64,000 nucleotides of DNA, from assembly GCA_964367355.1 (NCBI GenBank), contig CAYIWY010000002.1:7296-71295 (forward strand), in the 5' to 3' direction. Both the position numbers and the translations under genes were made by a program. The notes under the pieces were generated by a model. The model was given only the letters and a program-made list of their open reading frames with translations. It was not told the origin of the DNA and did no database searches. The stretch is from an uncultured Gammaproteobacteria bacterium. Lineage in GTDB: Bacteria > Patescibacteriota > Microgenomatia > Woykebacterales > RBG-16-39-9b. Below are positions 37,089-46,836 of the stretch, piece by piece; the first letter of the stretch is position 1, and every line of letters begins with the position of its first letter.

Positions 37089-37913
37089 CTAGCCTCTAAA
37101 CGGACGCTTAAATCTTAAATTCAAGCCAAAAATATGTTTAGAGATTACTTTGAAATCTGCTCTGAAATTGCGAAACTGATAGTAGTATAATCCGAGCATT
37201 GAAAAAATAGCAACTCCTAAGGCTAGTAAACTCGCCAACCGAAATGGTCCCAAATATGTCGAATCTCCACGAAGCTGTTCAAACACCAGTCTTCCCAAAG
37301 ACCAAAAAAGTAAGTAATAGAAAAAAACAGCACCAGAGCGAAATTGCGACAACATTTTTAATCGATCTTGATAAAAACGATACAAAAAAATAAAAAGCAC
37401 TAAGCTAAATATAGCTTCATAAATTTGCACTGGGTGGCGAGGGCCTTCCAAAAAAGTGTAAACTACGCCAAGTGGGAATTTTGTAATTGCTCCATAATCA
37501 TTTCCTGCCAAAAAACTACCAATTTTGCCAAAAAAAGTCGCTAATAAAACAGCTTGTACAGCGATATCAGCAACTTGAAAAAAATCCCATTTCCACTTTC
37601 TGATTAAATAAGCACCTGCCAAAAAAACTAAAATAAAACTTCCGTAGTAAGCAAAACCACCTTCCCAAAAATAAAAAATACGCCAAAAATTGGTTGAAAA
37701 TAAATTGAAGTTAATCAAAGAGTACAGTATTCTTCCACCAATAATAGCGCTCAGCAGTATCACCACGCTGAAATCAATAAGTTTTTCTTCCTTATATCCC
37801 CTTTTTCTACCTTCCCTCCAAAAAAAGAAAGTTCCAGCCAAATAAGCAATCGCCAAGAAAAAACCATACGAATAAATTGTCAGCGGGCCAAAGTGAAAAA
37901 GTATTGGATACAT
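37089..37913 (-). CDS. lgt: Prolipoprotein diacylglyceryl transferase
   Basis: GPLTIYSYGFFLAIAYLAG…R…GGRILY…, …FGKIGSFLAGNDYG and HPVQIYEAI align with conserved Lgt blocks. Confidence 0.85.
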   Translation of the reverse strand: MYPILFHFGPLTIYSYGFFLAIAYLAGTFFFWREGRKRGYKEEKLIDFSVVILLSAIIGGRILYSLINFNLFSTNFWRIFYFWEGGFAYYGSFILVFLAGAYLIRKWKWDFFQVADIAVQAVLLATFFGKIGSFLAGNDYGAITKFPLGVVYTFLEGPRHPVQIYEAIFSLVLFIFLYRFYQDRLKMLSQFRSGAVFFYYLLFWSLGRLVFEQLRGDSTYLGPFRLASLLALGVAIFSMLGLYYYQFRNFRADFKVISKHIFGLNLRFKRPFRG

Positions 37914-37931
37914 GTCTTCTTTAGATTATAC

Positions 37932-39113
37932 CTATTTTGCTCGAAGTCGGTAAAGACCGAAACACAAAACAACAATACCAAGAACCGTAAGAACAGTCCT
38001 AACACCAAATATATCGCCAATTGCTCCAGATAAAATTACCGGCAACGCTGCTACTCCGCTGATAAAAGTTCCAAGAAGTCCATATGCCCGACCACGCATT
38101 TTTTCCGGCGTGTTTTTTTGGAAAGCAGTCGTCACCGGAATTGTTATAAAGGCATTTTCTATTCCTAGTAATAAAATGCAGAAGAGCGAAAATATTTGGA
38201 AAAAAATCCCAAATTGGTAATTCCCAAAGGAAGCTAAGACTAGAAAAGTTATCCCAAGTCCGAGTAACCCAATGTTTACCAACACCCGTTCCGTCAACCG
38301 ATTTGCGATATGGCTGATTATCACTGACCCAATCGCCATACCAACTACTGCTGGCGCGATAACTAAAGTTGAGGCAAATTTGATGTTTAATTTCAGTATT
38401 TTATCGACATAACCTGGACCGATTGTGGCCAAAATGAAAAAAATAGTTGTTGTTAAAGTTAAAAAGAAAATCGAATCCCTTACAACCTTAGTTGTGATAA
38501 TGAATTTGATCCCGTCCCAAAAACTACTCAACAAACCTACCTTATGCAATTTCACTTCTGATTTAATATTTTTTGGTAAAAAGAAACTAAGCAAAACTGA
38601 AATAATAAAACAAGTAAAAATTGCGGCTAACGTAAAGGATTCACCCAAAAGATTCAAAGAAAAACCACCGGCCAAAAAGCCAACTATGAGTCCAGTCTGC
38701 AATGAAAGCGAAAACAAACTATTTGCGGCTATCAAATCCGTTTCTGGGACTAAAGCTGGTATCGCCGAACCTTCCGCTGGAATAAAGAAAAGTGTCGCCA
38801 CGGCCAAAATAAAAACCAGTAAAAAAACTAATGGTTGAAATTGAATAAAAAATATTAAAAAAAGAACTGAAAATGCTCGGATCGTATTTGTTATTAAAAG
38901 AACTTTTCTTAGGTTGACTTGATCAACATAAACTCCGGCCAAGTAACCCAAGAAAATTGAGGGGGCTGTGAAAGTTAATATTAAAATACTAACAACAGTG
39001 TTTGAAGACGTCAGCTCGTACATCTTTATTATCAAAACAAAATAAAGCGCGTTTAGAGCAATTTGTGAGGTAATCTGTGAACCCCAAAGAACTAGGAAAT
39101 TTGGGTTGAACAT
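37932..39113 (-). CDS. MFS transporter
   Basis: 12 TM segments and an MFS-type loop 2-3 pattern. 393 aa. Confidence 0.8.
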   Translation of the reverse strand: MFNPNFLVLWGSQITSQIALNALYFVLIIKMYELTSSNTVVSILILTFTAPSIFLGYLAGVYVDQVNLRKVLLITNTIRAFSVLFLIFFIQFQPLVFLLVFILAVATLFFIPAEGSAIPALVPETDLIAANSLFSLSLQTGLIVGFLAGGFSLNLLGESFTLAAIFTCFIISVLLSFFLPKNIKSEVKLHKVGLLSSFWDGIKFIITTKVVRDSIFFLTLTTTIFFILATIGPGYVDKILKLNIKFASTLVIAPAVVGMAIGSVIISHIANRLTERVLVNIGLLGLGITFLVLASFGNYQFGIFFQIFSLFCILLLGIENAFITIPVTTAFQKNTPEKMRGRAYGLLGTFISGVAALPVILSGAIGDIFGVRTVLTVLGIVVLCFGLYRLRAK

Positions 39114-39157
39114 GACTCTTGGGAAAAATCTTTTAATTTCTACCTCCTTTTTTCTAC

Positions 39158-40588
39158 TTAGATTTGCTCGATTAGTTTTAGTAGAGTTCTGACTCCGACA
39201 CCAGTAGCTCCTTTTGACATATATGGTTTTTCACTATCAAGCCAAGCCGTACCGGCAATATCAAGGTGAACCCAAGAATTTTTCGGATCAATAAATTCTT
39301 GCAAAAAAACTGCGCCCGCGATAACACCAGCTCCCCGACTCGGAGCAACATTCGCTAGGTCAGCAACATCAGACTTAAGCATTTCTTTATGTTCAGGATA
39401 AATTGGTAGTTGCCACATTCTCTCCCCGCTTTCCGCTCCTGATTTGATCACTAGATCAGCAAAATCTTGCTTATTACCAAGTAGTGCTGTGGCTTCACTA
39501 CCCAAAGCGACAATCACTGCCCCAGTTAAAGTCGCCAGATCGACAATCTTGGTTGCTCCAAGTTTTTGCACTAGAGTCAGGGCGTCACACAAAACCACCC
39601 GACCTTCAGCGTCAGTATTGATAACTTCGATTGTTTTTCCAGCAAGTGAACGAACGACATCTCCTGGTTTCAACGCCCCACCACCGGGTAAATTTTCTGT
39701 CAAAGGAGCCACCACAATAATATTTTCTTTTAATTTCAGCTGAGCGCAAAGTTTTATGAAGGCAATGGCCGTTGCTGCCCCAGCCATATCAAGTTTCATT
39801 TCATGCATTTTTTCAGATGGTTTGATTGAAATTCCGCCAGAATCAAAGGTAATTCCTTTACCGACAACCCCAAAGATTGGCTTTTTCTTATCGACAATAT
39901 ATTTAAGCACAAGCATAAACGAAGGTTGGTGACTGCCTTGGGAGATCCCAGCAAAAGCATTCATCCCGCGACGTTTTGCTTCCTTCTCATCAATTACTTC
40001 GATCTCAAGTTTAAATTCCCGTGCAATTCTTCTGGCATTTTCAACCATGATTTTTGGAGTGAGGTGGTTAGCCGGCTCGGTGACTAGACTACGAATCCAA
40101 TTGGTACTCTCTAAAACAGCTTGGGATTTTTTAATTTCTTCTAAAGAAAGTTTGCCACAGATTATCAACTCTTCTATTTTCGAAGGTTTATCTTTACCTG
40201 TTTTGTATATACCCTGATCGAATTCACCAATTCCAGCTCCTTCAATGATCACTTCGGGTTGTGAGTAAATTCGACTATCAAAGGCGACTGACTTTATTTT
40301 GCTTTTCTCTAAACGCCGAATTGCTGCTCCAGCAACATTACGCGCCAAACGATTGTCAAAATCTTCTTTTTTACCTGTCCCAATTAGTAAAACTCTGGGG
40401 TTTGATGAAATTAAAAATGTTTCGTAAAGCTTGCCGGAAAATTCGGCTGGGTTAATTGTGAAGTTACACTTTGCTAAAAAGCTTTTCACTGTTTCGGGAA
40501 CAGTTTTTACCTCTTCTTCAAACAAGGGAATAACCAAAGCTTCACATTCAATTTTCTCAAGCGGCAATGATGTGGTAGTAACTTTCAT
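39158..40588 (-). CDS. pepA: Leucyl aminopeptidase (M17)
   Basis: NTDAEGRVVLCDAL signature plus a C-terminal catalytic domain. Confidence 0.9.
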   Translation of the reverse strand: MKVTTTSLPLEKIECEALVIPLFEEEVKTVPETVKSFLAKCNFTINPAEFSGKLYETFLISSNPRVLLIGTGKKEDFDNRLARNVAGAAIRRLEKSKIKSVAFDSRIYSQPEVIIEGAGIGEFDQGIYKTGKDKPSKIEELIICGKLSLEEIKKSQAVLESTNWIRSLVTEPANHLTPKIMVENARRIAREFKLEIEVIDEKEAKRRGMNAFAGISQGSHQPSFMLVLKYIVDKKKPIFGVVGKGITFDSGGISIKPSEKMHEMKLDMAGAATAIAFIKLCAQLKLKENIIVVAPLTENLPGGGALKPGDVVRSLAGKTIEVINTDAEGRVVLCDALTLVQKLGATKIVDLATLTGAVIVALGSEATALLGNKQDFADLVIKSGAESGERMWQLPIYPEHKEMLKSDVADLANVAPSRGAGVIAGAVFLQEFIDPKNSWVHLDIAGTAWLDSEKPYMSKGATGVGVRTLLKLIEQI

Positions 40589-40663
40589 TTCGAGAGGAAT
40601 TTTAACACAAAAGATGTTTCAAAGAAACTGTGCTTAAAATTACCAAAGCTGAAGTTAAGAAAG

Positions 40664-41830
40664 TTACTTTGCTGTCCCCTCTTTAACTAACTGCCCAGAT
40701 AAATTGTACTGGGAGCCTTCGGAAAGAACAGTATAATTAAGATCGACATGTAAACAATTATCTTTTGGTGTGCATTTGCGTAATGTATTTACGGATAATA
40801 TATTTGAGTCAACCCATTTTGGCCCAGTTGCGTCTTTAACTAGAATTGTTTCCGTCTTTGAATCCAAATAATATATTAGAACGTCTGATCTTACCTGACC
40901 TCCTTCGCCACTTTCATCACGTGCAAAGGCAATTTTTGTTTTATCTGGTGAAAGAACAGGTCGTGTCCAATTATTTAGAATCTTAGTACTTGCTTTTGTA
41001 GAAATATCTACTCTGTAAACTGGGTATTGGGCACTTAGCTCCATGTAATAAAAAGTGTTGTCTGAATACCAAAAAGCTTGCGCTCCTCCTAGTGAATAAA
41101 GTTTCTTACCATTTGTATCAGTAATTACCAAAGTTGTAGGGTTGGCGACTGTTTCCCCATCTGTTACCTCTGAAACTGTATTTACCATCATCACAAAGCT
41201 TACATTTGGGGAAATCTGGATGGAACTTTGATCCCACCATATACCACCCCGCCCACCTTGATTTATTGACTGAAGAATAGTTTCTTTTCCAGTTTTTATA
41301 TCAAGCAACGTGTAATCAAGTTCCTTATCTTCAAATCTTGAGTCGGTTTGATATGCAACAAGACCTGCTTCTTTATTGTAGTCAAAATTAATATGATTCC
41401 AATATTTATAGTTATTTTGCCCATTTTTCAAACCAAAATATTCAACATTGTAAATATACTTAGTATGAATAATTAAACTGTTATTTCTATAGATTTCACA
41501 ATAATTTTCAGGCCCAGAAACAATAGAAACAAAATTAGTATAAGGGTTAACAATAACTAGTTGCTGACATTTAAAAGTTAGATCGTCAACCTTAGCTTCT
41601 ATTGGCTTAACTTTTGGCTCAGTTTTTGTCTCGGAAGAAGAAAATGTGGCTTGCTTTTGTGCTGAAGAAGTTGAAGTTTTGATGTCACTAGCAGTTTTTG
41701 TTTTGTTATTTATTATCAAAAACAACAGAATAATTACAAAAATGATTCCAAACACTGATATTAAGATAAGTTTTTTATTGGATTTATACTTGCCTAGCAA
41801 TACTTCTATAAAACCTTGTATTTCAGACAT
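40664..41830 (-). CDS. Membrane-anchored beta-propeller (PD40/TolB-like) protein
   Basis: N-terminal TM. Repeated …SPDKTKIAF…-type PD40 motifs. Confidence 0.45.
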   Translation of the reverse strand: MSEIQGFIEVLLGKYKSNKKLILISVFGIIFVIILLFLIINNKTKTASDIKTSTSSAQKQATFSSSETKTEPKVKPIEAKVDDLTFKCQQLVIVNPYTNFVSIVSGPENYCEIYRNNSLIIHTKYIYNVEYFGLKNGQNNYKYWNHINFDYNKEAGLVAYQTDSRFEDKELDYTLLDIKTGKETILQSINQGGRGGIWWDQSSIQISPNVSFVMMVNTVSEVTDGETVANPTTLVITDTNGKKLYSLGGAQAFWYSDNTFYYMELSAQYPVYRVDISTKASTKILNNWTRPVLSPDKTKIAFARDESGEGGQVRSDVLIYYLDSKTETILVKDATGPKWVDSNILSVNTLRKCTPKDNCLHVDLNYTVLSEGSQYNLSGQLVKEGTAK

Positions 41831-41860
41831 TAATTAAATTATACTCACCAACAATTTGCT

Positions 41861-42985
41861 TTACAACTTAAGCGTAACCTCTTCGATTTTCTTTGGGGCT
41901 TTTGTCAAAACTTCATAACCTTTTTCTGTAACCAAAATCATATCTTCAATCCGCACTCCTCCCCAACCTGGTTCATAAATTCCAGGTTCAACTGTTACTA
42001 CATTACCTGCTTCAAATTTTTCTTTGGCTTTTGGGTTAAGTCGCGGCAGTTCGTGAACCTCAATCCCCACTCCGTGACCAACGCCATGACCAAAAACAAA
42101 TTCAGATTTCTCTTGAAGAAACTCTCGGGCTGCTAGGTCAACATTTTTCGTTTGGTTGCCAACTTTAACTTCTAAAATTCCTCTCTTTTGTGCTTCTAAA
42201 ACTAGATTATAGACTTCCGCTTGTTTTGTATTTGGTGTTCCCAGAAACACCACCCGAGAGGTATCAGACGCATAACCCTGATAAACACAACCCCAATCGA
42301 TCAAAACTTGATCACCTTTCTTAAGTTTGGTATCTCCGGCTGCGTAATGGACTTTTGAAGAATTTACACCTGCTCCAACAATAAACGGATGCCAGGCGTT
42401 ACCCTCTGCCCCATGCTCTCGCATAAACTGCTCAAGTTTCCAAGCAATTTCCTTTTCTGTCTGACCAACCCTTATGTTCTTTAAGATATACTCAAAAGAT
42501 TTGTCGGAAATTGCGAGGGACTTTTTAAACAAACTAATTTCAACCGTATCTTTTTTGGCTCTTAATTCTTCGACAAAGTCTTTTGTTTGGACAAATGTTA
42601 AGTTCTTGGTTAACTTTTGAAAATTATTTAGTGCAAAAACTGACAAATCTTTTACTTCAAAGCCAACTTTACTAACCTTTATTTCACTAAATAATTTTTC
42701 CCAGAACTTCTCATCCCAACCACTCTCTTTCAACTCATAATTAGCAACCACACTTGCCTCTTCGGTATAACGGCTATCAGTGACAACAAAAGATTTTTTG
42801 GGGGTAATCAATAAATAACCAGACTCGATATCTCCGTGCCAACCGGTCAAATAAAAACGATTGGCCATCGATGAAATTAAAATAGCATCTAGCTTTTGGA
42901 AAATTAATTTTTCCCGTAGTTTCTCTAAGCGAGAATACAGATTAGGACTGGAATCTTTGGGTTTCATCTTTTCTTGGTCGGCCAC
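41861..42985 (-). CDS. pepP: Xaa-Pro aminopeptidase (M24B)
   Basis: HGVGHGVGIEVHE (pita-bread metal site), …D…D… . The N-terminal creatinase-like domain is present. Confidence 0.85.
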   Translation of the reverse strand: MADQEKMKPKDSSPNLYSRLEKLREKLIFQKLDAILISSMANRFYLTGWHGDIESGYLLITPKKSFVVTDSRYTEEASVVANYELKESGWDEKFWEKLFSEIKVSKVGFEVKDLSVFALNNFQKLTKNLTFVQTKDFVEELRAKKDTVEISLFKKSLAISDKSFEYILKNIRVGQTEKEIAWKLEQFMREHGAEGNAWHPFIVGAGVNSSKVHYAAGDTKLKKGDQVLIDWGCVYQGYASDTSRVVFLGTPNTKQAEVYNLVLEAQKRGILEVKVGNQTKNVDLAAREFLQEKSEFVFGHGVGHGVGIEVHELPRLNPKAKEKFEAGNVVTVEPGIYEPGWGGVRIEDMILVTEKGYEVLTKAPKKIEEVTLKL

Positions 42986-43586
42986 GGTGTCGTTTTACAA
43001 CCGGATTTTCTGGTTCTGGTTTTCTGGGACGGCCACGACCGCGTTTTATTTCAACTGGTTCACTGGGAGCTGAAAATATTTTTTTAAACAAACCGAAAAA
43101 CGATCCATTTGGCTTTGTAGAAAGAAGTTTTACTTCGACTGCACCTGCTAAAACTGGCGTGCCAACACTAACTCCACAAAAGGGGCATTGCTGCCAGACA
43201 ATTTCCAGTGGGTGTTTGCAGGAAGGACATTCTTTTCTAACAATTAAACCACAATGGCTACAAAACAAAAAATCATCACGAACTAATTCATTACAGCGTG
43301 GGCAAGTAAAGGTTTTTGTTTGACTCTCAAGGATTTTTTCCTCAAGATCGTGAATTTTATGATCCTCGATTGTTGAGGGAGGTCGAACTATCAAATAAAG
43401 GATGAAACCAAAGAAAAACCCAAATCCGACTAAAAGTACTGCCCCGATTCGAACAAACCAGTTCTTAGAGCGGCTGAAAATATCCATTGCGCCCCAAACA
43501 GTGAGCGCCAGCCAAAGCACAAAAATATAACCAAGCAAAATTGCTAAGACTAAACTATTGGTTAAAAAATAAATAACTTCAGCCAT
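42942..43586 (-). CDS. Membrane-tethered double zinc-ribbon protein with C-terminal AT-hooks
   Basis: Two TM helices. Four CxxC pairs (CPRC, CSHC, CPSC, CPFC). C-terminal KRGRGRPRK … RGRPRK (AT-hook GRP cores). Confidence 0.5.
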   Translation of the reverse strand: MAEVIYFLTNSLVLAILLGYIFVLWLALTVWGAMDIFSRSKNWFVRIGAVLLVGFGFFFGFILYLIVRPPSTIEDHKIHDLEEKILESQTKTFTCPRCNELVRDDFLFCSHCGLIVRKECPSCKHPLEIVWQQCPFCGVSVGTPVLAGAVEVKLLSTKPNGSFFGLFKKIFSAPSEPVEIKRGRGRPRKPEPENPVVKRHRGRPRKDETQRFQS

Positions 43587-43663
43587 ATTTCTTTGACAAT
43601 AAAATCTCTACATGTATATAATGAAGCTGCTTCTTCAGTCAATAGGTAGATTTTTTAACTAAA

Positions 43664-44110
43664 ATGCTTTCTACACCCCACCTATTAGTCGGTGCAGCAA
43701 TTGTCAAAACAATACCAAATCCGGCGATCTCTTTGCCGCTGGCTCTACTTAGCCATTTTGCTCTTGATTCTTTCCCCCATTGGGATGGGTCTCCAAAAGC
43801 TCCTTTTGGCCTGAAAACAACCGGTTGGATAATTGTAGATTATTTGATCGGCTCAAGTATAGTCCTGTTGTTGACCGCCGGGCTTGAGAATCAAGTTCTG
43901 ATTTGTTTGGGGGCTTTTTTGGGAACGTTACCAGATTTTATTTTAGGCACTTATCGCCATTTGGAATCAACTTTTTCAAAATACAGACTTTTACGAGTCC
44001 CAAATCAATTTCACATGGGTATCCAGAGAAATATACCGTTCCGACCAGGGCTAATTGTTACCTCAATAACCTCATTAATTTCAATCCTGATTCTTTTAAG
44101 TGGTAAGTAA
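43664..44110 (+). CDS. Membrane-bound metal-dependent hydrolase-like protein (DUF457/YdjM-like)
   Basis: All-TM, 148 aa. LSHFALDSFPHWD His/Asp cluster. Tentative. Confidence 0.4.
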   Translation: MLSTPHLLVGAAIVKTIPNPAISLPLALLSHFALDSFPHWDGSPKAPFGLKTTGWIIVDYLIGSSIVLLLTAGLENQVLICLGAFLGTLPDFILGTYRHLESTFSKYRLLRVPNQFHMGIQRNIPFRPGLIVTSITSLISILILLSGK

Positions 44111-44298
44111 ACAACTTTTAACCCGACCTTAGAGCCGACGCGTTAAGAAAATTGAAGTTTGCCGACTGTTCCACAGGAAATTTTCAATTTGTCTAAACGA
44201 AGTGTTTTTGAAAATTAAGGAGGTAAACAATATTTTTAGCCAAAGGCTCTCGGTCGGCAGTTTGGTGCAACCTTTGCTGCCAAAGGTTGCTTGAAAAA

Positions 44299-44859
44299 TT
44301 ACCTTTTAACTCTCTCAATATATTCCCCACTCCTGGTATCAACTTTAACAATGTCGCCTTCGTTAATAAACAACGGAACTTTGACTTCAAGGCCGTTTTC
44401 CACTTTGGCTGATTTGTAAACATTAGAAACTGTATCGCCGCGTACACCCGGAGGGCTATCAACAACTTGCAGTTCAACTGTTCGGGGTAAATCAACTTTG
44501 AGAATTTGGTCCTTGAAAACTAAAAGCGAATAAGTAGAGCCTTCCTGCAGATATTTTTCTCCACCAGAGAGTATCTTGTTTTCAACTGCAAATTGGTCAA
44601 AAGTTTTCGGATCCATGAAGGTCGAATCGTTCTCATTTTTGTAAAGAAATTGGCCCTCTCTTTTGTCTAGATCAGCTTCCTCTACTCTTGCTCCAGAAAT
44701 AAAGGTTTTTTCAGTAGTTGAACCTGATTTTAAATTTTTTACCTTGACCCGAATGGTCGCTGTCCCCCGTCCCATTTTGGTATGGGAATATTCCAATACT
44801 TCAAAAAGACTACCGTCTTCCTGAAAAGTTGCACCAGATCGTAAATCATTAACATTTAA
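44299..44859 (-). CDS. efp: Elongation factor P
   Basis: …HTKMGRGTATIRVKVKNLKSGSTTEKTF… matches the KPGKG-loop region and three-domain length. The internal Met (MLNVNDL…) is the likely start; the track ORF extends to 44901. Confidence 0.85.
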   Translation of the reverse strand, partial: LNVNDLRSGATFQEDGSLFEVLEYSHTKMGRGTATIRVKVKNLKSGSTTEKTFISGARVEEADLDKREGQFLYKNENDSTFMDPKTFDQFAVENKILSGGEKYLQEGSTYSLLVFKDQILKVDLPRTVELQVVDSPPGVRGDTVSNVYKSAKVENGLEVKVPLFINEGDIVKVDTRSGEYIERVKR

Positions 44860-44979
44860 CATAAGTTGTCCATTTTTACCAAAAAACTGACTATATTGCA
44901 ATTATTTAGTTTAAAAGCTTGCTTGCTAGGAATATAATAAGGCTAACAAAGGTAACAGTAGTAGGAAAGGAGTCTGATA

Positions 44980-45342
44980 GTGGCTGCTACTTATCCACCC
45001 AGAGGCAAGAGACCAACAAAGGACCTGTTGGAAACGGTCAGGAATATTGCTCACGCAACACCAGAGCAGCTGCGGGATGGTTACCTCAACCGCCTGCGTC
45101 GACTGCTGCGGTTGCGTCGCGACAACTTCGAAGATCTGAACGAGCAAGGTTTGCGGCTTTTGGACCAATCGATCTTTGCATCCTACTGCGATTGTCTCGA
45201 CATTGGCCAGGGAGATGAGGCAAAGTCGATTCTCAAAAACGTCCGATTGACCCTTAGTCTCACAAGAACAAGTCAGCGCAACCAACCTGCCACGGTAAGG
45301 TCGACAACGGAAGGAAAGCAAGATCCTGGTTACACATACTAA
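44980..45342 (+). CDS. Hypothetical 120-aa protein, GC about 53%
   Basis: AAGGAG SD, then a GTG start. The R/L-rich helix is unrelated to anything I can name. The antisense ORF was rejected. Confidence 0.4.
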   Translation: MAATYPPRGKRPTKDLLETVRNIAHATPEQLRDGYLNRLRRLLRLRRDNFEDLNEQGLRLLDQSIFASYCDCLDIGQGDEAKSILKNVRLTLSLTRTSQRNQPATVRSTTEGKQDPGYTY

Positions 45343-45440
45343 CCAACCTAGACCTCTGGAACTCACAAGTTTCCGAGGTCTTTTTCTTGGATTTGAATTC
45401 AAAGATAATAAATTGTATAATTACTCTCGCTTTTTCCCTT

Positions 45441-45527
45441 GCCGGGGTGGCGGAATTGGTAGACGCGCGGGACTCAAAATCCCGTGATCGCAAGGTCGTG
45501 GGAGTTCGATTCTCCCCCTCGGCACCA
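45441..45527 (+). tRNA. tRNA-Leu (anticodon CAA), CCA encoded
   Basis: Acceptor GCCGGGG/CCTCGGC. Anticodon loop CTCAAAA. Long variable arm TGATCGCAAGGTCGT. T-arm GGGAGTTCGATTCTCCC. Confidence 0.85.
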
Positions 45528-45601
45528 TAAACTTTCACTTAATTTTCACTTTTGTGCTAAAATAGCAATTTCAGAATTCAAATAAGTAAGGAGAGTGTCT
45601 T

Positions 45602-45883
45602 TTGAATCAAGAACCTAAGGTCGAGATCCATTTGCTCATCACTGACTACAGCCCACAAATCGGTGATCATGTCAGGACTAGTTGCGGACAAACCTTGCCT
45701 TTCATGAAGGGAGTTGATTTCGATAAACCTCACACTGACCCAAGGTTTTGCCGTTCTTGCCTCAACCAGTTGGGAGAAACAAACGACAAGTTCATCTTTG
45801 CTTTCTGGGGAACACCAATTATTGCAGTGACAATTTCCCCAACTGCACGTATCGGAGGTAGAAGAAGCAGTCCATTTCAGTAA
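45602..45883 (+). CDS. Hypothetical 93-aa protein
   Basis: AAGGAGAG SD, then a TTG start. Cys-containing. Confidence 0.35.
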   Translation: MNQEPKVEIHLLITDYSPQIGDHVRTSCGQTLPFMKGVDFDKPHTDPRFCRSCLNQLGETNDKFIFAFWGTPIIAVTISPTARIGGRRSSPFQ

Positions 45884-45896
45884 GGAGAGGAAAATC

Positions 45897-46130
45897 GTGG
45901 TAAAAGCTTATATCATGGTTGTCACAGATCCCGGTAAGACAAAATCAGTCTATGAAGAGCTAGGGAGAATCGAACAACTGCAGGAAGTTCATGAGGTAAT
46001 GGGTCCTTACGACATTATTGCCACCATTGAGGTTACGTCATTAGGAGAAGTTCCTTCAATCGTTACTTCTGTTCGCAAAGTTGAAGGCATTCAATCCACC
46101 CTGACTCTAACCACCTTCCCGGATGTCTAG
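45897..46130 (+). CDS. Stand-alone Lrp/AsnC ligand-binding (RAM) domain protein
   Basis: MVKAYIMVVTDPGKTKSVYEELGRIEQLQEVHEVMGPYDIIATIEV… is the typical pattern of small AsnC_trans_reg-domain proteins. Confidence 0.55.
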   Translation: MVKAYIMVVTDPGKTKSVYEELGRIEQLQEVHEVMGPYDIIATIEVTSLGEVPSIVTSVRKVEGIQSTLTLTTFPDV

Positions 46131-46214
46131 AGGTCGGCAACCAACCTAAAACGTGTTTCTTTTCCAAGAAGCACGTTTTTTATTTCAAAAAGAAAGCCGC
46201 CTAGTGAGATTTCA

Positions 46215-46778
46215 CTAAACGGCTATGCGCGAATAAACTACTTCCCCATCACGAGTTCTGACTTCGACAACATCATCGAGGAAAAGCTCTTCAAAAACAG
46301 CTTGGATATCCCTAACCGGACCCCAATCTGCACTTCTGTCCAAACCTTCCAGATCAAAGATGTTTTCCCAGGTTTCTTCCTTCAATCGGTGACGATCTGC
46401 CCTGTGCAAGACGCATTCAAAGTCATTGAGCACAGCGTGCCAAGATGAAAAATCGGACAAAAGAACCCGGCTCTGGGAAATCCGAATCTTAAAAACATAG
46501 TCGCCTTTGGGAACCCACTTCTTCAAGGGATAACGGCGAAAAGCCCAAATCGGAAAACCGCCTCGGTAAGCGACCAAACGCTTTTGCATTTGCGCTTTCA
46601 TCCATTGGTAAGGTTTGCGAAAGGTCCAATGGTAAACTCTTCTTCCATCGGCCCGAAACTTCCCTCTTTTCAAAAGTTGAAGAACTTTGGGGTTTTGGGC
46701 AGTCCAAAGCGTGATCGGATCTCGACCTGATCGGCACACTACAACTGAAGCTTTCCTCACTTTCACCAAAGCTGCCAC
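46215..46778 (-). CDS. Hypothetical 187-aa basic protein, GC about 50%
   Basis: No recognisable catalytic motifs. AAGGAGAG lies upstream. CCCATAGTATATAG sits in its promoter region. Confidence 0.4.
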   Translation of the reverse strand: MAALVKVRKASVVVCRSGRDPITLWTAQNPKVLQLLKRGKFRADGRRVYHWTFRKPYQWMKAQMQKRLVAYRGGFPIWAFRRYPLKKWVPKGDYVFKIRISQSRVLLSDFSSWHAVLNDFECVLHRADRHRLKEETWENIFDLEGLDRSADWGPVRDIQAVFEELFLDDVVEVRTRDGEVVYSRIAV

Positions 46779-46836
46779 TCTCCTTATCTATATACTATGG
46801 GGTTGGATTATAGGTTTTGTTTGAATTAAAGTCAAG

